NCBI RefSeq assembly: GCF_964213995.1
Contig: NC_135805.1
Location: 24,242,001 to 24,306,000 of the forward strand
Direction: 5' to 3'
Length of the DNA: 64,000 nt
DNA from: Mustelus asterias
Taxonomy: Eukaryota
Positions 60,930 through 64,000 of this stretch are shown piece after piece. The notes beneath the pieces were generated by a model. It saw nothing but the letters and a program-made list of their open reading frames with translations. It was not told the origin of the DNA and made no database searches. The position numbers and the translations under genes were made by a program. How positions within the stretch are numbered: the first letter of the stretch is position 1; the number at the start of each line of letters is the position of its first letter.

Positions 60930-61425
60930 ATAATGGAAACTGCAAGCCCTGGGAACCTTGTGTAAATAAACATTGGTTCTCTGCAGTTAATTTCACAGAG
61001 CTATCAATCAAGCAATTAGAGAGCCAGAGCTGTCAATCAGTGTCTTCCCTGGGGCTCAGGAGTTTCGAAGTGGAGATGCCGGCTTTGGACTGGGGTAAAC
61101 ACAGTAAGAGTTTTAACAACACCAGGTTAAAGTCCAACAGGTTTATTTGGTAGCAAATGCCGTGAACCTGTTGGACTTTAACCTGGTGTTGTTAAAACTC
61201 TTGCTGTGCTCAGGAGTTTCACCAGAGTAATGGATGACTGGGCTCTCAGCCGAGAATACACAAGACTTGGCTCAGAGACCAGACATTCAGTATTCTCATG
61301 AAACACCTGAGCCCCAGAGAAGACACTGATTGATAGCTCTGGCTCTCTAACCTCTGCTGGCAATTTCACAATGTTTATTTGCACACGGTTAAGATATATC
61401 AAGCATTTGCAGTTTCAACTATTGA
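60930..61425. repeat. Imperfect long inverted repeat (probable DNA-transposon/MITE interior), interrupted by a PLE mini-insert
   Basis: 61016-61066 pairs with 61300-61350; 60962-60974 with ~61370-61383; 60932-60945 with ~61407-61423. Confidence 0.55.
61067..61207. mobile_element. Short palindromic PLE pLTR insert lacking the hammerhead
   Basis: Arms ...aacaccaggttaaagtccaacagg / cctgttggactttaacctggtgtt; TSD gctcaggagtttc (61054-61066 and 61208-61220). Confidence 0.83.
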
Positions 61426-61659
61426 AACTTCAAATGGTCAATCCAGGGTTGTAGTGAAATGACTTTTATAACAGTAGAAAGTGATGATACTGTCTTTTTA
61501 AAGTGCTTTTTAAACACATCCTAGTGTCCCTATAGGATTTGTTGGCTTTATAGTGGGTTATTGGGCATAGCTTAGCATCAATGAAGATCCCACATTTGCA
61601 AGCCACTTTCCCGAAGGTGGGTGGGCTGACCTGGGAATTTTCCTGACCCATAATGGAAA

Positions 61660-61778
61660 CAGTAAGAAGTCTCACAACACCAGGTTAGTTTATTTGGTAA
61701 CAAATACCATAAGCTTTCGGAGCACTGCTCCTTCGTCAGGTGGAGTGGAAATGTGCTCTCAAACAGTGCAAACAGACA
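61660..61778 (-). mobile_element. Single-arm PLE pLTR insert with hammerhead (61707-61743, minus strand)
   Basis: TSD ccataatggaaa (61648-61659 and 61779-61790); minus strand reads ccac-ctgacga-a-ggagc-agt-gctcc-gaaagct-t-atgg. Confidence 0.8.
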
Positions 61779-62876
61779 CCATAATGGAAATCCAGACCTA
61801 TGAGTTTGAGAGGAACACTAGGAAGGGCAGCTTGTGTGAAGGAATGTGCACAATATAGCTTTGCAACTCCTTTACCCACTTTAAAGCGTATCATTATTAC
61901 ACAGACATGTCAACTTGTAGCATAAACCACATCTCAGCAACAACCATCTTTTGTAAAGCATTGCTACTGCAGACAATTCTCTGGAAAAAAATGTAAGATC
62001 TCTCTTTTTACACTTTGTTAATGTACTTGGTGGATGGGTGAGTGCTGCGCACTTCTGATATTACCTGATTAATCTGGCATATTTCAAAAAGCAAAGTGAT
62101 TCAGAATTACCATAGGAAACCAGTTGTGCATTATGTTGACTTGGAAGGTGGAAAATAGTACCCCCAGAGCAAATAGCATAAAAGTACAGATATAATTCCA
62201 GCTTATTAGCCTAGATTTTCTGATTTCAGAGACTTCACCTGTAAACCTTCATCCCACAGAATAGTGACTGTGGAGTATTTCTCTCTGGGCAAGAAAGAAA
62301 GTTCCAGTCTGTCAGTAAAGATAATAAAACCAAAGCGAACATCCATTTGGTTTGCTAATCTGGTACTTGATATCATTTTATGATTGCCCCATTGAATCAT
62401 TTGTCTCCCTTATGAATTGCAAATGTCCCTCCCCAGCAAGATCCATGGCACAATTTTGGTAACTATATTCTCGATGGTTGTTTTTTGCAATTGTTTTTTC
62501 AAATTTCACAGCTCTGTTTTCACATATGCAACAGATCTCTCAGAAAGCTTACTGCATAGTTAGGGGTTTGTGATCCTAATGAAAGTTGGTTTACCAAACC
62601 TTGGAAGTATGTGAAAGTCTTTGTTTAAACTAGAAACCTTGAAAAACAAGTTTGGAAAAAAAAACATATGTAGCGTGCAATTTTCTGGCTCACTTTTCAA
62701 AACTCAGGGCAATAAGACATCTTCAGCAGCTGATGTCATTTCCCTTTGCAAACAAAAATACCATGATGGATTTGGCAAATGCAGACTGCGAAGCTTGCTA
62801 CAGGACTGGTTTCTGTCTTTGTCCAGTCATTGGACCAAAAGCATAATTCTGCTTTTTGATGTTGTAATGTTTTGAA

Positions 62877-63175
62877 GCTTATTTATTAGTGTCACAAGTA
62901 GGCTTACATTAAAACTGCAATGAAGTTACTGTGAAAATTCCCTAGTCACCACACTCCGGCGCCTGTTCGGGTACATTGAGGGAAAATTTAGCATGGCCAA
63001 TGTACCTAACCAGCACATAATTCTGATTGTGTGAGGAAACCGGAGCATCTTGAGGAAACACACGCAGACACGGAGAACATGCAGACTGCACAGAGGCAGT
63101 GACCCAAGCTGGGAATTGAATCCAGGTTCCTGGCGCTGTGAGACAGCAGTGCTAACCACTTTGTCACCATGCCGC
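62877..63175 (-). mobile_element. V-SINE family 2
   Basis: Reverse complement of the 31019-31320 type. Confidence 0.82.
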
Positions 63176-63299
63176 AAAGTGGGAACAGGCTGGATAGTAA
63201 AAGCTTCTATATTTCAAGAAGAGTTAAGCATATTTGGAATGATCTGCTTTGCATTTATACCAACAGAACTGAGGAGATTTGGGCTCCATAACTAAACGG

Positions 63300-63690
63300 T
63301 CTGCTTCTTCCCATTCTCCAATTCATTTTTATGGTGCTCTTTTGTCTTCCTCCCTCTCACTACACCTCTGTTTGATAGTTGCAGTTTTTGTACTCTGGTA
63401 TAATTGATATAATGTGTAAATAATTGAGGCCCAAGCATTGATCTTTGCGCTACCCCATTAGTCACGGCCTGCCAATGTGAAAATTACCCATTTATTCCTA
63501 CTCTCTGTTCTGGCTGGTAAACAATTCATAAAACGATTTTCCCTACTTCCATCAACTCTAGTTTTGTGTAGTTACTGTTTGTATGGCACTTTATCAAATA
63601 CTTTTTGCAAATCCAAATGCACTATACCTGCCGTTTTCTCCTTGCTAGTTACAGCCTCGAAAGCTCTACTAGATTTTTCAAACACCATTC
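63300..63690 (-). mobile_element. Degraded CR1 RT fragment
   Basis: ggcactttatcaaatactttttgcaaatcc (DxxKxFDKVP, antisense) and gaggcccaagcattgatc (SxLGP, antisense). Confidence 0.55.
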
Positions 63691-63696
63691 CTATAT

Positions 63697-63990
63697 GGGT
63701 GGCATGGTGCCACAGTGGTTAGCGCTGCTGCCTCACAGTGGCAGGGACCCCGGTTCGATTCTCAGCTCGGGTCACTGTCTGTGCGGAGTCTGCAGGTTCT
63801 CTCCATGTCATTGTAGATTTTCTCCGGGTCTTCTGGTTTCCTCCCACAGTCTGATTAGGTGCGTTGGCCATGCTAAATTCTCCCTCTGTGTACCCAAACA
63901 GGTGCCGGAGTGTGGCAACTAGGGGATTTTCACACAACTTTCTTGCAGTGTTAACGTAAGCCTACTTGTGACACTAATAAATAAACTTTA
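63697..63990 (+). mobile_element. V-SINE family 2
   Basis: gggtggcatggtgccacagtggttagc...ggttcgattc...gtacccaaacaggtgccggagtgtggc...taataaataaacttt. Confidence 0.82.
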
Positions 63991-64000
63991 AATTTATTTC

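Noticed and set aside
52200-64000. APOBEC2 or another downstream gene (e.g. exon-like blocks near 62230-62310 and 62760-62850)
   Set aside because: No recognisable protein similarity; splice-like signals alone are insufficient.

Overview
Eukaryotic (vertebrate) genomic DNA, almost certainly from an elasmobranch (shark/ray), judged by HE1-type V-SINEs, HER1/CR1 LINEs and Deu-domain SINEs. The only protein-coding host gene I can assemble is OARD1/TARG1 (macrodomain ADP-ribose hydrolase) on the + strand. Its coding exons are 41936-41971, 45035-45188, 49175-49233, 50255-50367 and 52067-52169 (154 aa), plus a candidate in-frame 84-nt cassette exon at 44746-44829. It is probably driven from a CCAAT/GC-box bidirectional promoter at about 19.1-19.3 kb, which also seems to fire a divergent, unidentified minus-strand gene whose non-coding exons lie at about 18.2-19.1 kb and about 6.0-6.3 kb. 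Most of the rest is retroelement-derived: CR1 (one young copy with an open ORF2), Rex1/Babar, L2/Crack-like, Vingi, Penelope-like elements, three SINE families, a Gypsy relic and a Tc1/mariner MITE. Three observations stand out. (1) A ~340-bp, highly structured element headed by U2 snRNA nt 1-39, with a second internal U2 fragment and a 15-bp target-site duplication (a candidate U2-headed SINE or non-autonomous Keno/Utopia derivative). (2) Short palindromic Penelope-derived inserts carrying minimal hammerhead ribozymes, often on both strands, with covarying stems. (3) A near-perfect 129-bp inverted duplication bracketing OARD1 exons. All calls are by eye, without database searches.
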